64,000 nucleotides of DNA from Octopus sinensis (taxonomy: Eukaryota): positions 64,852,001-64,916,000 of the forward strand of contig NC_042997.1 in NCBI RefSeq assembly GCF_006345805.1, written 5' to 3'. Below the pieces are notes generated by a model that saw only the letters and a list, made by a program, of their open reading frames with translations, had not been told where the DNA came from and did no database searches. This document shows positions 63,420-64,000 of this stretch, piece after piece (the first letter of the stretch is position 1; each line of letters begins with the position of its first letter). Position numbers and translations under genes: made by a program.

Positions 63420-64000
63420 TTAAAGTAGTATCTCCTTGTGGACATAATTGTCTGTAATCGGACCGTTTTCCATTTCTCTCAGCCAGTATTTTTACATTAG
63501 CCTTTTTAGAACTTTACATAATGCAACATACAGCTGACCATACGAGAAGAATTGTGTCGGAAGATCTATTCCAATTTGTTCAAATGTCTGACCCCGTGCC
63601 TTGTTGCATGTCAAGTCAAAAGTTGCTTTGACAGGAAATTGCGTGTAAATGTAAATGAAAATTCCATTTGTTGAGATACATGTGGCATTCTTGGGATTAG
63701 CAATGTCAAATCTGCATAAGGACCAGAAGCAATCTCAGCCTCAATATCATGTAAACTGACAATGATGTAGTGTGTGCCATTGCAATGTCCAATAGTAGCA
63801 TCTAAAGTCCTCAGATTAAGCAGCATTTTTTCTTCAGTTTGAGAATATGTGGTGGAAACCTTGATGGTGTAAGTTTGCTGATGACTTCGATTGGGTATAG
63901 AGTTTCATTATCAGCTGTATTTGAGTTTCTGTATATTTTCAACTCATCAGGGATCCTGATCGACAGGAAAGCATTTGTTGCAATAACAGTAGTTCTATTT
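63420..64000 (-). pseudogene. Helitron/PIF1-type helicase C-terminal region, degraded
   Basis: YPIEVISKLTPSRFPPHILKLK, MLLNL..GHCNGT, LLIPRM, TCNKARGQTFEQIGIDL..FFSYGQLYVAL, NYVHKEILL*. Continues beyond the window end. Confidence 0.85.

Noticed and set aside
63340-63420. Helitron 3' terminus after the helicase stop (CTAG at 63355-63358)
   Set aside because: No subterminal GC hairpin is visible, so the end cannot be placed.

Overview
AT-rich eukaryotic, repeat-dominated DNA. The SINE families and the (TA)n/(GATA)n/(ATT)n load look like an octopus/coleoid cephalopod genome (inference from recalled repeat families, not a search). I cannot support any intact host protein-coding gene, and most ORF-track entries are microsatellite artefacts. 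Recognisable content: several Penelope-like elements (PLEs), including a near-full-length RT+GIY-YIG copy at 36.1-40.05 kb bracketed by ~680-bp inverted arms; an RTE LINE relic; three mariner relics and one Tc1 relic; Helitron pieces; L1/Tx1-like fragments in a GATA tract; and many tRNA-derived SINEs. The most interesting layer is non-coding. At least six hammerhead ribozyme (HHR) or HHR-like motifs can be read by eye (1340-1382+, 7799-7840+, 8160-8201+, 11328-11373-, 50771-50863-, 54068-54105-). Two of them sit in a near-identical 361-bp ORF-less tandem repeat (7510-8431) that looks like a retrozyme (circRNA-derived non-autonomous retroelement) with a compensatory U3-A8 catalytic core. There is also a series of long fold-back palindromes next to (TA)n tracts. 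Boundaries of degraded elements are approximate, and all folds were done by hand.
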